A stretch of 64,000 nucleotides of DNA, from NCBI GenBank assembly GCA_965261735.1, contig OZ253470.1, forward strand, positions 832,001 to 896,000. The letters are read 5' to 3'. The DNA is from Alphaproteobacteria bacterium. Lineage in GTDB: Bacteria > Pseudomonadota > Alphaproteobacteria > SHVV01. The position numbers and the translations under genes were made by a program. The notes below the pieces were generated by a model. It did no database searches. It was not told the DNA's origin and worked only from the letters and a program-made list of their open reading frames with translations. Positions 1 to 10,633 of this stretch are shown here, in pieces (the first letter of the stretch is position 1; each line of letters opens with the position of its first letter).

Positions 1-555
1 GTCGGCCGCGACCGCCATGACCTCGATATCGCCCGTTGAGATGTCGATCCAGGCGAGCGCGTCTTCGCCGCCGACCCGCGCCATGGCGGCTAGATAGTTG
101 TGCCGCCGGGCGTCGAGCAGCGTGTCCTCGGTGAGGGTCCCCGCGGTCACGAGGCGGTTGACCTCGCGCCGTACCACGGACTTGTTGCCGCGCTTGCGGG
201 CGGCCGCCGGATCCTCCGTCTGCTCGCACACGGCGACCTTGAACCCCTTGCGGATGAGCCGCTCGAGGTAGGCCTCGGCCGCATGAACCGGCACGCCGCA
301 CATCGGGATGTCGGCGCCTTCATGCTTGCCGCGGCGGGTGAGCGCGATGTCGAGGGCGGCCGCGGCACGCACCGCATCGTCGAAGAACATCTCGTAGAAG
401 TCGCCCATGCGATAGAACAGCAGGCTGTCGGGATGTTCCGCCTTGATGCCCAGATACTGCGCCATCATGGGCGACGCACCGGCCGTCGGCGCGTCATCGC
501 GCGCCTCGGTGCGCGGCGGGGGGCGGGAAGATTCGTGCCGGACGCTCGAAGGCAT
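1..555 (-). CDS. mutS: DNA mismatch repair protein MutS, N-terminal part (runs off the window)
   Basis: Manual minus-strand translation: [34 protein letters not shown]...IPMCGVPVH...VAVCEQ...TAGTLTED. Not in the ORF track. Confidence 0.95.
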   Translation of the reverse strand, partial: MPSSVRHESSRPPPRTEARDDAPTAGASPMMAQYLGIKAEHPDSLLFYRMGDFYEMFFDDAVRAAAALDIALTRRGKHEGADIPMCGVPVHAAEAYLERLIRKGFKVAVCEQTEDPAAARKRGNKSVVRREVNRLVTAGTLTEDTLLDARRHNYLAAMARVGGEDALAWIDISTGDIEVMAVAAD

Positions 556-766
556 CGCGGCCACTATAACCCATCGATCCGCGGCGCGGCGCAACCGCGT
601 CGCCGACACGGCCGGCGCAAGTCGTTTGCCGCCGTGCGGCATTGTCGTTAGTCTCGTCCTCACGTGGAGTCGACACCCGACGCATCATCCGATGCACAGT
701 GCGGCCCGCATCACGCCTCGATGTCATTATGAGCCCCCTCCCGTAGCTCCAACGCGGACATACCCC

Positions 767-3085
767 ATGACTACTAGCCGACTAATCATCGACGATGAAG
801 ACGCCCTTCTGTTCCACTCGCAGGGCTCCCCCGGCAAGATCTCCATTGCCCCGACCAAGCCGCTGACCACGCAGCGCGATCTGTCGCTCGCCTACTCGCC
901 GGGAGTCGCGGTGCCCTGCCTGCGCATCGCCGACGATCCGAGCCTCGCCTACGAGTACACGGCCAAGGGCAACCTCGTCGCCGTGATCTCCAACGGAACC
1001 GCGGTGCTCGGCCTCGGCAACCTCGGCGCCTTGGCCTCAAAGCCGGTGATGGAAGGCAAGGCCGTGCTGTTCAAGCGCTTTGCCGACATCGACGCCATCG
1101 ACCTCGAGGTCGACACGACCGACGTCGACGCGTTCGTCGACAGCGTGCGCTATCTCGGCAAGAGCTTCTCAGGCATCAATCTCGAGGACATCCGGGCGCC
1201 GGAGTGCTTCATCATCGAGCAGCGGCTGCGCGAGCTCATGGACATTCCGGTCTTCCACGACGATCAGCACGGCACCGCCATCATCGTGTGCGCGGCGCTG
1301 CTCAATGCCCTCGACCTCACCGGGCGCGACATTGCCGAGACCAGGGTAGTCGTCAACGGCGCCGGCGCCGCCGGAATCGCCTGTCTCGAGCTCGCCAAGA
1401 GCATCGGTATAAGGAACGAGAACGCGCTGCTGTGCGACCGTAAGGGCGTGATCCACAAGGACCGGGACGGCCTCAACCAATGGAAGTCGGCGCACGCGGC
1501 CGAGACGGATCTGCGCACCCTCGAACAGGCGATGAAGGGCGCCGACGTGTTCCTCGGCGTATCCGCCAAGGGGGCCGTCACCGCGGAGATGGTCGCCGGC
1601 ATGGCGGATCAGCCGATCATCTTCGCCATGGCCAACCCCGACCCAGAGATCGCGCCCGAGGAAGTGGCCGCGGTGCGCGACGACGCCATCATGGCGACCG
1701 GGCGTTCGGACTATCCTAACCAGGTCAACAATGTGCTCGGCTTTCCCTACATCTTCCGCGGCGCCATCGACGCGCGCGCCACCACCTTCAACGAGGAGAT
1801 GAAGATCGCCGCGGCGCGGGCCTTGGCGGCGCTCGCCCGCGAAGAGGTGCCCGAAGAGGCGGCGGCGGCCTATGGCGGCGTCCAGCTCCACTATGGCCCG
1901 GAGTACATCATCCCGGTGCCTTTCGATCCGCGCCTGATCTCCCACGTGCCGCCCGCCGTGGCCCAGGCCGCGATGGACTCGGGCGTCGCGCGCCGGCCGA
2001 TCACGGACATGGAGACGTACAAGCACGAGCTGCGCTCGCGCCTCGATCCCATCGCCGGCACGCTGGAGCTCGTTTTCAAGGAGGTGCGCGCCAACCCCCG
2101 GCGCATGGTGTTCGCGGAGGGCGAGGACGAGAAAACCATTCGCGCCGCGCTCGCCTACCACGACAACGGCTTCGGAACCGCTGTGCTGATCGGCCGTGAA
2201 CAAAACGTGCACGAGACCATAGCGGAGACGGGCCTCAAGGGGACCGAGGCGCTCGAAGTTCACAACGCCTCGCTGAGCGCCTCCAACGAGCGCTACATCG
2301 ACTTCCTCTATCGCCGCCTGCAGCGCGAGGGCGCGCTCTATCGCGACTGCCAGCGGCTGGTCAATAACGACCGCAACGTCTTCGCCGCCTGCATGGTGGC
2401 ATTGGGCGATGCGGATGCGCTGGTGACCGGACTGACCCGCAACTACTGGGCGGCCTACGACGACGTCCGCCGCGTGCTCGACCCGGAGCCGGGCAAGGTC
2501 GTGTTCGGCCTGTCGCTCATCATTGCCCGCGGCTCGGTCATCGTGGTTGCCGACACCGCCGTGCACGAACTGCCGAGCGCGGAGGAACTGGCCGCCATCA
2601 CCATCCAGGGCGCGGGCCTGATTCGCCGTTTGGGTCAGGAGCCGCGCGCCGCGCTGCTGTCGTTCTCCAACTTCGGCAACCCGACGCGCGCCCGCACCGA
2701 ACGCATCCGCGAGGCGGTGGCCCTGCTGGCGGCGCAGAAGGTCGACTTCGAGTACGACGGCGAGATGTCCGCCGACGTCGCCCTCGATCCCGAGTTGATG
2801 GCGCTCTATCCCTTCAGCCGCCTGTCGAAGCCGGCCAACGTGCTCATTATGCCCAGCCTGCACGCGGCCAACATCTCGTCCAAGCTCTTGCAGGCGCTGG
2901 GCGGTGGCACCGTCATCGGGCCGATGCTGACGGGCCTCGAGCACCCGGCGCAGATCGTGCTGATGGGAACCTCGGTCTCCAACATCATCAATATGGCCGC
3001 CTTTGCCGCCCACGACGCCAAGGCCGGCGCCGGGCGCGGCGCCAAGCGCGCGACAAAGCCGCGCAAGGCGGCACGCTCGCGCTGA
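767..3085 (+). CDS. maeB: NADP-dependent malic enzyme with C-terminal phosphotransacetylase-like domain
   Basis: [40 protein letters not shown]; PTA-like tail (FAEGE, DGEM). Start taken at ATG 767. Confidence 0.95.
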   Translation: MTTSRLIIDDEDALLFHSQGSPGKISIAPTKPLTTQRDLSLAYSPGVAVPCLRIADDPSLAYEYTAKGNLVAVISNGTAVLGLGNLGALASKPVMEGKAVLFKRFADIDAIDLEVDTTDVDAFVDSVRYLGKSFSGINLEDIRAPECFIIEQRLRELMDIPVFHDDQHGTAIIVCAALLNALDLTGRDIAETRVVVNGAGAAGIACLELAKSIGIRNENALLCDRKGVIHKDRDGLNQWKSAHAAETDLRTLEQAMKGADVFLGVSAKGAVTAEMVAGMADQPIIFAMANPDPEIAPEEVAAVRDDAIMATGRSDYPNQVNNVLGFPYIFRGAIDARATTFNEEMKIAAARALAALAREEVPEEAAAAYGGVQLHYGPEYIIPVPFDPRLISHVPPAVAQAAMDSGVARRPITDMETYKHELRSRLDPIAGTLELVFKEVRANPRRMVFAEGEDEKTIRAALAYHDNGFGTAVLIGREQNVHETIAETGLKGTEALEVHNASLSASNERYIDFLYRRLQREGALYRDCQRLVNNDRNVFAACMVALGDADALVTGLTRNYWAAYDDVRRVLDPEPGKVVFGLSLIIARGSVIVVADTAVHELPSAEELAAITIQGAGLIRRLGQEPRAALLSFSNFGNPTRARTERIREAVALLAAQKVDFEYDGEMSADVALDPELMALYPFSRLSKPANVLIMPSLHAANISSKLLQALGGGTVIGPMLTGLEHPAQIVLMGTSVSNIINMAAFAAHDAKAGAGRGAKRATKPRKAARSR

Positions 3086-3108
3086 CTCCGACGCGTCGTG
3101 CGCGCCGC

Positions 3109-3963
3109 TCAGTCCTCGGAAGTGGAGATCTCGGGCCGCTCGAAGTGGCGGCGGTACTTGTCGGCCACGCGGTCGATGGGCAGGAGGATGAACACGTCCG
3201 TGGTCGCGAACTGCTCGTCGACGACGGCGCCGTCGCCGACATAGGCACCGAGCCGGAGGTACCCCTTGATCAACGGCGACAGCGCGCGGTGCGCCGCGCG
3301 CTGGTCGAGGTCGGCGCGAGCGATGACGTTCATCTCGACGTGACGGTCGGGCACGGCGCGGATCCTGAGCGGCGGCGGCGCCAGAAACTCGTGATAGAGG
3401 TAGGCGAGCGGAATGCAGTGGGCGCTCACGTCGGTGCCCATCAGGCTCGCACAGCCAAACAGATACTTAATGTCGTGGGCCGCGATGTAGCCCGCCAGGC
3501 CACGCCACAGCAGTTGGATGGTGGCGTTGGTACGATAGTCGGGATCAACGCAGCTGCGCCCGAGCTCGAGCAGCTCGTTGGGCCGCGCCAGCGCGAGCAA
3601 CGGCGCCAAGTCGTACTCCCCGGCCGAATAGAATCCGCCGGCCCGAGCCGCCACCTGCTGGCGTAGCAGCCGGTACGTGCCGACCACCGATTCTTGCGCC
3701 GGCCTGTCGTGGTCGATGACCAGGAGGTGATCGCACAGCAGATCGAAATCATCGAAGTCGCGGCGCTCGGCCGCCATCACCGCACTCGCCGAGGCGCCCA
3801 TCTCCTCGTAGAAGACGCGGTAGCGCAGCGCCTGCGCGGCCGCGATATCCGCCGCATCCTGGGTCAAGCGCACCTCGAGTCGCCCGCTCGCCGTGAACAA
3901 CGACTGCGGCGTGCGCTCGGGGCCGAGGCGCATTATGGCGCCGATCATCGCGGTGCTTTGCAT
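3109..3963 (-). CDS. olsB: GNAT-family ornithine acyl-ACP N-acyltransferase (OlsB-like)
   Basis: AQALRYRVFYEE, DFDDFD, VVGTYRL, ELGRSCV, LIKGYLRLGA. Confidence 0.85.
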   Translation of the reverse strand: MQSTAMIGAIMRLGPERTPQSLFTASGRLEVRLTQDAADIAAAQALRYRVFYEEMGASASAVMAAERRDFDDFDLLCDHLLVIDHDRPAQESVVGTYRLLRQQVAARAGGFYSAGEYDLAPLLALARPNELLELGRSCVDPDYRTNATIQLLWRGLAGYIAAHDIKYLFGCASLMGTDVSAHCIPLAYLYHEFLAPPPLRIRAVPDRHVEMNVIARADLDQRAAHRALSPLIKGYLRLGAYVGDGAVVDEQFATTDVFILLPIDRVADKYRRHFERPEISTSED

Positions 3964-4177
3964 GCGTCCTCGATTGTCTCCCGGTCGTTCGCGAATGCGG
4001 AATGAATCAGCGTCGCCCGGCGTCGGCTAGGCTTCTTCTGCCCGGACACGCCAACACCGCCAGGGATTCCTGACGGTGTCGTTTTTCAGGCATCTCGCCC
4101 GAATGCGCCGGGCGGACGAAGGTCCGCGCCAGGCACGCCGCTATCGTGCTGAGCCCCCTACAGATACGAGCCGGCGC

Positions 4178-4360
4178 TCAACCGGCTATGTCACCCTTGA
4201 TGACCGGCACCGGGGTGATTGGCGGCGTCGTGGAGACGACCGGGAACGGCTTGATCGTCTCGGCGGTCTGGTAGAGGCCAAGACAACCGCCCCCGGCATA
4301 CGCGGATGTCGCAAACGCGATGGCCACAATCGCGACCACAGCGGCACCTAGCTTGCCCAT
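4178..4360 (-). CDS. Small putative secreted protein (60 aa)
   Basis: MGKLGAAVVAIVAIAFATSAYA signal-peptide-like start, GGAG upstream, Pro/Thr-rich mature part. Confidence 0.5.
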   Translation of the reverse strand: MGKLGAAVVAIVAIAFATSAYAGGGCLGLYQTAETIKPFPVVSTTPPITPVPVIKGDIAG

Positions 4361-4419
4361 GACGTCCGCTCCCTTGGGTACTGAACGGTGGCGAAGTCTA
4401 GCCTGCCGCAGGGGGGCGG

Positions 4420-4983
4420 TCAATTTCCATGTGGCGGCGGCCGCAGGCACCTGTTTTGGGCAACAATTGCGCGCGTGGCCTGGTAGGCGTCACGGCCGAA
4501 ACAAGCGAAGATCACGGATTCGGGTGTGGCGTGCGCGACGAGGAAGCTGCGGACCACGGCAACCGCCACGCGCGTCGCGCGCTCGAACGGGAAGCCGTAG
4601 GCGCCGGTGCTGATCGAGGGAAACGCGATGGTGCGGGCGCCGTGGCCGGCCGCGAGTTCGAGCGAGGTTCGATAGCAGGCGGCGAGCAGCGTGTCCTCGT
4701 GCTGACCGCCGCCGCGCCACACCGGACCCACCGTATGGATGACATAGCGCGCCCTGAGGTTGTGCCCGGCCGTGATACGCGCCTCGCCGGTGGGGCAGCC
4801 GCCGAGGCCGCGGCACTCCTCGAGCAGCCCCGGCCCGGCGGCGCGGTGAATGGCACCGTCGACGCCGCCCCCGCCGAGCAGCGAGGTGTTCGCCGCATTG
4901 ACGATGGCGTCGACCGCCTGGGCCGCGATGTCGCCCTCGACGACCTTCAGCCGCTCGCGCATGGCTTTCCCCGGCACCGCCAT
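4420..4983 (-). CDS. ymdB: Macro-domain O-acetyl-ADP-ribose deacetylase (YmdB-like)
   Basis: GDI...[44 protein letters not shown]. Confidence 0.9.
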   Translation of the reverse strand: MAVPGKAMRERLKVVEGDIAAQAVDAIVNAANTSLLGGGGVDGAIHRAAGPGLLEECRGLGGCPTGEARITAGHNLRARYVIHTVGPVWRGGGQHEDTLLAACYRTSLELAAGHGARTIAFPSISTGAYGFPFERATRVAVAVVRSFLVAHATPESVIFACFGRDAYQATRAIVAQNRCLRPPPHGN

Positions 4984-5097
4984 TCATCCCTCACTGCGAG
5001 CACCGAGAGGAGACCACATGATGACACGTCGTTCCACCGAAGCGGGCCTCGCGGGCAACCTTAATACGGGCCTCTTGCCGCCGGCGGGGTCGCGGAT

Positions 5098-5796
5098 ATG
5101 CTTGAGGTCATGGACCTGAACGCCGATTTGTCGTGGCGCGCCGCCATGCATGGCGCGGTGCTCGCCTGGGCCGCCTCTCCGATCGCGGGCGTCGAGCGGC
5201 GCATGCTCGACCGGATCGGCGGCGAGGTCGCGCGCGCCACCACGATCGTCCGCTACGCGCCCCGATCCCAGTTCTCCCCGCATGTGCACGGCGGCGGTGA
5301 GGAGTTCCTCGTGCTGGAGGGAGTTTTTCAAGACGAGCACGATGATTTCCCCCCTGGCACCTATGTTCGCAACCCGCCGCAGTCACGACATACGCCGGGC
5401 TCCGAGGCCGGATGCGTGATTTTCGTCAAGCTGTGGCAGTTCGATCCGGACGACCGGATGAGCGTACGCATCGATACCGACGAGAGGGCGTCGCGGCCCG
5501 CGCCGGGTCGGCCGGGCGTCGCGACGATGCCCCTGTTCCGGGACTCGCGCGAGGACGTGCGCCTCGAAACATGGTCGCCCGGCGCGAGCATCTCGCTCGA
5601 GGCGCCGCGCGGGCTGGAACTCTTCGTGCTCGATGGATCGTTCACCGAGGGCAGCGAGACCTTCTCCGGTCTCTCATGGCTGCGCCTGCCGGCACCAAGC
5701 TCGTTGAGCGCCCAGGCGGGAGCCGACGGCTGCCGGCTATGGGCCAAGAGCGGGCATCTCGTTGCCGGCCCCCGGCACGCGCCGCGCCCGCGATGA
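5098..5796 (+). CDS. ChrR-like double cupin protein
   Basis: GVERRMLDRIGGEVARATTIVRY, HVHGGGEEFLVLEG, IFVKLWQF. Confidence 0.85.
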   Translation: MLEVMDLNADLSWRAAMHGAVLAWAASPIAGVERRMLDRIGGEVARATTIVRYAPRSQFSPHVHGGGEEFLVLEGVFQDEHDDFPPGTYVRNPPQSRHTPGSEAGCVIFVKLWQFDPDDRMSVRIDTDERASRPAPGRPGVATMPLFRDSREDVRLETWSPGASISLEAPRGLELFVLDGSFTEGSETFSGLSWLRLPAPSSLSAQAGADGCRLWAKSGHLVAGPRHAPRPR

Positions 5797-6004
5797 CGCC
5801 GTGCCCGGTTTGCGCGGCGCCCAGATGCACGGACCTTCCTGTCGTATGAGGGCCACGAGCTGGTCGAATGCCGCGACTGCGGCCTCGTCTTTCTCGACCC
5901 GATGCCGGCGGCCGAGGCGCTGGCCGCCCTCTACCACGACGCCTACGACGGCGCGCAGGCCGGCTATTTCGGCAAGGTCGGCGCCAAGATGCGGCGCTCC
6001 CGGC
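5793..6004 (+). pseudogene. 5' remnant of a class I SAM methyltransferase with Cys4 N-terminus; frameshifted and cut by an IS
   Basis: MTPCPVC, frameshift near 5820, then ..HELVECRDCGLVFLDPMPAAEALAALYHDAY..; ends at the ISKra4 left end. Confidence 0.7.
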
Positions 6005-7657
6005 GGGTGTAGGTCTGGTATGGAAAATCCAAGTCATTGATTTAGTGCGTTTTTGTGTCGAGACGAACGGCCGAAAACGGCTATTCGTGACAATGGGCCG
6101 CTCCAAGGCAGGATTTTGTCACGACGGCAGGGTCGAGCAGGGGAAGGTGGGAACGCTCCGCACCGCCAGAAGCGGTACGATGCCGTGTCTCGAAACCCAA
6201 CATCGGGGGCATTCCCATGGCAGTATCCCCGCCTCCGGCGCCTTCGTCCATCGATCTTTCCGGCCTGCCTCCTCGGGTCGTCGAGGCGGCCGCCCGGGTG
6301 CTCGCACTGTGTCGCGAGGAGCTTCGTTCCGAGCCGCGCCCCGAGGTGCCCGAGGAGGTCGAGTTGCGGGTGCGTGAGGCCACGAACGAGTTCGCTCGCG
6401 ATGTCATGGGCGCCGTCATCGAGAACCGGGACGATGGCGCTTCCCGGATCGAGCGGGACGGGCAGAGCTGGTTCCGGGTCGCGGTGACGCCGAAGACGAT
6501 CATGACCTCGCTCGGTCCGGTGACCTACCGGCGAGCGCGTTACCGCAGCGGCGCGAGCGGGGCATCGCCGGTGCCGGTCGACGAGAGCCTGGGCCTCGTC
6601 GACGATTACCTGACGCGGCCGGCGGCCGAGCTCGGTCTGCTGATGATGGGTCACTGCACGGCCCGGGAAGCGGCGGCGTTCTTTGCGAAGACCGGCGCCA
6701 TGACGCCGTCGGTGAGCACCCTGCAGCGCCTGACCCTGAGCATGCACGAATGCTGGGAGAGCCTCGGCCCGGAGACGCTGGGCAGCATCCGTGAGGCCGA
6801 GGGCATACCGCAGGACGCGACCACCGCCTCGGTCTCCCTCGACGGCGTCATGGTGCCGCTGAGACCCGGCGAGGACGGTCGCGCCAAGGCCTCCTTGCGC
6901 GAGGCCGCCTGCGGCACGGTCTCCTTCCACGACGCCGAGGGCAAGCGCCTGAAGACCCTCTATCCCGGCCGCATGCCGGAGAGCGGCAAGCTCACGCTGA
7001 AGGCGCAGCTTGCAAGCGAAGTCGCACACATCAGGCGAGCACGCCCCGAGATCGGGATCGTCGCTATCGCCGATGGCGCCGCCGACAACTGGACCTTCCT
7101 GGAGACCCTGTCGCCCGAAACCGAGGTGATCGACTTCTGGCATGCTTGCGAACATCTGCAAACCGCGTCCGACCATGCCGTGGCGCCCGGCTGGTTCGAG
7201 AAGTACCGCGAGATCCTCCGTCACGATCCCCGTGGCGTCGCCAAGGTGATCCGGGCGCTGCGCCACCTTCGCGATGCCGCCGCTGCGCCGGACCGGGCCG
7301 AGACCGAGCGGGAACTCGCCTTCTTCCGCAAGCATCGCCATCGCATGCGCTACCACGCCCTGAAGGAAGAGGGCATCGCCATCGGCTCAGGCGTGGTCGA
7401 GGCTGCCAACAAGACCCTGGTGACACAGCAAATGAAGCGCTCCGGCATGTGCTGGCGGATCGTCGGCGGACAGGCTGTTCTGACCTTCCGCGCCCTGATC
7501 AAATCCGGCCGCTTCGAGCGCGCATGGAAGGCCCTGATCAGCGCAACCGACACACCGGCCAACGACAACATCAGTCCACGTGCAGCAGCCATGGCAATCG
7601 CTGCCTGAACTCAACGAACCAAGCCGCAGACATCACTGCCATGCGAGACTCGCACCC
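6005..7657 (+). mobile_element. ISKra4-family insertion sequence
   Basis: Imperfect terminal IRs GGGTGTAGGTCT / AGACTCGCACCC around a transposase; no target duplication visible. Confidence 0.75.
6217..7608 (+). CDS. ISKra4-family transposase
   Basis: SLDGVMV, ADGAADNW, IDFWHACEHL, IGSGVVEAANK..MKRSGM. Confidence 0.85.
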   Translation: MAVSPPPAPSSIDLSGLPPRVVEAAARVLALCREELRSEPRPEVPEEVELRVREATNEFARDVMGAVIENRDDGASRIERDGQSWFRVAVTPKTIMTSLGPVTYRRARYRSGASGASPVPVDESLGLVDDYLTRPAAELGLLMMGHCTAREAAAFFAKTGAMTPSVSTLQRLTLSMHECWESLGPETLGSIREAEGIPQDATTASVSLDGVMVPLRPGEDGRAKASLREAACGTVSFHDAEGKRLKTLYPGRMPESGKLTLKAQLASEVAHIRRARPEIGIVAIADGAADNWTFLETLSPETEVIDFWHACEHLQTASDHAVAPGWFEKYREILRHDPRGVAKVIRALRHLRDAAAAPDRAETERELAFFRKHRHRMRYHALKEEGIAIGSGVVEAANKTLVTQQMKRSGMCWRIVGGQAVLTFRALIKSGRFERAWKALISATDTPANDNISPRAAAMAIAA

Positions 7658-7823
7658 TTTCCATCCCGCACATAGGCTGCGCGTTCACACAAACCTAGGA
7701 ACGCTATTTCGGACGTTTCATGAGGTGCCATATTCCCCTTGCGCATCGTGTAGCCGACCCATATGCCTCAACGAGAGCCCGCCGTTAGCTCAGCCTGCCC
7801 GGGCCGCCCTATGTACCGCACCT

Positions 7824-7866
7824 ATTCTATCTACTGGGCCATTCTATCTACCGGAACCATTCTATC
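7824..7866 (+). repeat. Three direct repeats ATTCTATC(TAC), 17-18 bp apart
   Basis: Copies start at 7824, 7841 and 7859 in a lower-GC intergenic stretch. Confidence 0.7.
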
Positions 7867-8442
7867 ATGAAATTTTCACACCTCGACACATGTGGTATTT
7901 TTCCTGAAATGTTCTCACAATATGTGCTCGTTCGGAGGTAGGAGATGGCTAACGTCGTGTCCATGATGTGGTCGGTATTACGTGTGGCGGTGTATTTGCC
8001 CTTGTGCGCGCGAAGGACCAGGATCAGTTAGCAAGGCTCGTCGAAGCAATCGGCGGCGCCCTTGGCGGTTGGGCGGCGAGCAGGCTGCCTGACATCATTG
8101 ATCCCCCTCTCCACCCACACCACCGGAGCTTCGGACATGGAGTGTTGCCCTGCGGTTCGCTCGCGATGCTCTACGCTCAAAACCTGGGGTCGTTGCAGCA
8201 ATCGTTGCGGGCTGCGGCGGACAAACACTCGGTAGCGGCGGAGCAGTGCCAAGGAGTCGAGGAAGGCGCCATCAACGCGATCATGGAATTGGTTTTTCGG
8301 TTGGCGGCAGGCTTTGTAGCGGGCGCCGGGGCCGGCTACCTCTCTCACCTCGTGCTGGATGCGAAAACTCCAATGAGCTTTGAGGTGGCCTCGGTTTGTC
8401 GGACAGCTTGGCGGCTTGATTAAGGTGTATTCCAGTTGTCGT

Positions 8443-9378
8443 TCATGCCGCCAGAATCCCTTTGCATCGATCTCCTTGCCGTTGTTGTTGCGCCTGTGGG
8501 GATGTGGGCAAGGCGCGTAGCGGCTTGTCCATCATATCCACAGGCGGGGCGCCGCGGTAGGCCTCGGCCGGCGTTTCCCCCCCGAGCGCCGAGTGCGGCC
8601 TCTCGGTGTTGTAGAAGTCGATCCACTCGCCGATGACGCGCCGGGCCTCGAAGCCGTCGGCGAGCTCGCGCAGATAGACGGCCTCGTATTTGAGCGAGCG
8701 CCACAGCCGCTCAATGAAGATGTTGTCCAGGCACCGGCCCCTGCCGTCCATCGAGATCCGGATGCCGGTCTCCCGCAAGCGCCCGGTGAAGGCGAAGCCG
8801 GTGAACTGGCTGCCCTGGTCGGTATTGAAGATCTCCGGCGTGCCATGGCGGGCCAGCGCCTCGTCGAGCGCGTCTGTGCAGAAGCCCGCATCCAGGGTGT
8901 TCGACAGACGCCAAGCCAGCACATGCCGGTTGGCCCAGTCCATGATCGCCACCAGGTAAAGAAAGCCGCGCCGCACCGGGATGTAGGTGATGTCGGCGCA
9001 CCAGACATGGTTCGCCCGCTCGATCGTCAAGCCTCTGAGCAGATAGGGGTAGACCCGGTGCTCGGGATGCGGATCGCTGGTGCGCGGCGCCCGATAGATC
9101 GCCTGAAGCCCCATCAGGCGCATCAGACGACCGGCCCGGCGACGACCGACGCGCACGCCCTCGCGGCGTAGATGACGGACCATCTGACGGGCGCCGTAGA
9201 ACGGATACTTCAGGAACAACTCATCAATGCGCCGCATCAGCGCCAGGGTCTCCGGGCTCTCGCCCTTGGGCGTGTAATAGAGCGAGGAGCGTCCGATCGA
9301 CAGCAAACGGCATTGACGGCTCAAGCTCAGCGCCGGGTGAGCGCGTATCACCATCGTTCGCCTCTCGGCCCGGCTCAT
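8443..9378 (-). CDS. IS3 transposase OrfB (rve integrase core)
   Basis: WCADITY, FNTDQGSQFT, DNIFIERLWRSLKYE. Confidence 0.92.
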   Translation of the reverse strand: MSRAERRTMVIRAHPALSLSRQCRLLSIGRSSLYYTPKGESPETLALMRRIDELFLKYPFYGARQMVRHLRREGVRVGRRRAGRLMRLMGLQAIYRAPRTSDPHPEHRVYPYLLRGLTIERANHVWCADITYIPVRRGFLYLVAIMDWANRHVLAWRLSNTLDAGFCTDALDEALARHGTPEIFNTDQGSQFTGFAFTGRLRETGIRISMDGRGRCLDNIFIERLWRSLKYEAVYLRELADGFEARRVIGEWIDFYNTERPHSALGGETPAEAYRGAPPVDMMDKPLRALPTSPQAQQQRQGDRCKGILAA

Positions 9379-9656
9379 CGACCGGACCCTCGAGACAAAA
9401 AATCCCGCTCCACCGTCAACTCGCCGATCTTCGCGTGAAGATCACGGATCTCGCTCTCATGGTCCCGACGGCGGCGCTCGCCCCCGTTCGAAAACACTTC
9501 GCCAAGACCATCGATCGCCTGCCGCTTCCATGTGCTCACTTGGTTCGGATGAACCTGGTGCTGCGAGGCGATCTCCTGAAGCGTCCGGTCGCCACGAAGC
9601 GCCTCAAGCGCGATCTTCGCCTTCAGCTCCCCGGAAAACCTGCGTCTCTTACTCAT
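9375..9656 (-). CDS. IS3 transposase OrfA (HTH)
   Basis: RRRFSGELKAKIALEAL..LHAKIGELTVERDFL; T6 run near the end could be a -1 frameshift site. Confidence 0.9.
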   Translation of the reverse strand: MSKRRRFSGELKAKIALEALRGDRTLQEIASQHQVHPNQVSTWKRQAIDGLGEVFSNGGERRRRDHESEIRDLHAKIGELTVERDFLSRGSGR

Positions 9657-9688
9657 CGCGTATCCCTCCTCAGTCGGCGGAATACACC

Positions 9689-10633
9689 TTAAAAACCTGT
9701 CCGATTTTCCGGGGCCACCTCACTTACCGCTCGTCGGTTGAGAGGAAAGGGGCGGCTCAGCCTGCGGGAGTAGGGCGCCCGCTGACCCCCCGCTCGGCCC
9801 GCGTTGGGGAAGAAGAGTTGTTCGCCGTCGATGCGGAAGGTGGCGATCGCGGCTTGGCCGGCGGCGGACAGGAGCCAGTCGACGAAGGCGCGGGCGGCGG
9901 CCGCGTGCAGGTGGGGGTGGCGGGCCGGGTCGACGAGCACGACGCCGTACTGGTTGCGCAAGGCCGGATCGCCCGCGAAGAGGATGGCGAGATCGCCCTT
10001 GTTGGCGAAGCTCGTCCAGGTCGCGCGATCGCTGAGCGTATAGGCGCCCATGGCGGCGGCCGCGTTCAGCGTCGCTCCCATGCCGGCGCCCAGCTCGCGA
10101 TACCAGCTCCCGCTCGCCGCCGCCACGTCGACGCGCGCGCCGCGCCACAGCGCGAGCTCGGCCTTGTGGGTGCCGCTGTCGTCGCCGCGCGAGACGAAGA
10201 CCGATTTAGATTCAGCGATCCGGCGCACGGCGGCGCGCGCCTCGGCCAAGCCGCTTACGCGGGCCGGGTCGTGCGCCGGGCCGACGAGGACGAAGTCGTT
10301 GAACATCACGTCGTGGCGCTCGAGGCCGAAGCCGTCGGCCACGAAGCGGCGCTCGGACTCGGTGTGATGGACGAGCAGGAGGTCGGCGTCGCCGTTGCGC
10401 GCGAGCCGCAGGGCCTGCCCCGTGCCGACGGCGACGACACGGACGCGGATGCCCGTCGCCGCCTCGAAGCGGGGCAGGATGTGGGCGAGCAAGCCGGAGT
10501 TGTCGGTCGAGGTCGTCGAGGCGAGCGTAAGCACGCGCTCCGCTGCGCCCGCTGCGCCCGCTGCGCCGGCGGGCGCCGCCACCAGCGCACAGGCGAGCGC
10601 GGCCTCCAGGCCCGCGATGCGCGCCCTCACCAC
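9689..10633 (-). CDS. tupA: Tungstate ABC transporter substrate-binding protein (C-terminus extended into the IS)
   Basis: LASTTSTDNSGLL, AVGTGQAL, FVSRGDDSGTH, QLFFPNA. Confidence 0.9.
   Translation of the reverse strand: MVRARIAGLEAALACALVAAPAGAAGAAGAAERVLTLASTTSTDNSGLLAHILPRFEAATGIRVRVVAVGTGQALRLARNGDADLLLVHHTESERRFVADGFGLERHDVMFNDFVLVGPAHDPARVSGLAEARAAVRRIAESKSVFVSRGDDSGTHKAELALWRGARVDVAAASGSWYRELGAGMGATLNAAAAMGAYTLSDRATWTSFANKGDLAILFAGDPALRNQYGVVLVDPARHPHLHAAAARAFVDWLLSAAGQAAIATFRIDGEQLFFPNAGRAGGQRAPYSRRLSRPFPLNRRAVSEVAPENRTGF

Larger units (their letters stand above)
8381..9722 (-). mobile_element. IS3-family insertion sequence with 3-bp target duplication CTT
   Basis: Ends TGAGGTGGCC.. 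/ ..GGCCACCTCA; CTT on both flanks. Confidence 0.92.
7945..9741 (+). pseudogene. Metal-dependent membrane hydrolase (YdjM-like), 5' frameshift and split by IS3
   Basis: LPDIID..HHRSFGH..GYLSHLVLDAKTP. ATG 7945 has an RBS but is one base out of frame. The last codons (LPLVG*) resume at 9723-9741 after the IS. Confidence 0.75.

Noticed and set aside
1169-3013. Long antisense ORFs (also 12228-14033, 24180-25994, 9530-11056, 46228-47283 and others)
   Set aside because: Shadow frames of real high-GC genes with no recognisable motifs
7905-7935. Possible alphaproteobacterial LexA box before the YdjM-like gene
   Set aside because: The GTTC half-sites do not have the GTTC-N7-GTTC spacing
10541-10567. 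9-bp tandem repeat x3 in tupA
   Set aside because: In-frame Ala/Gly linker after the signal peptide; a trivial slippage product
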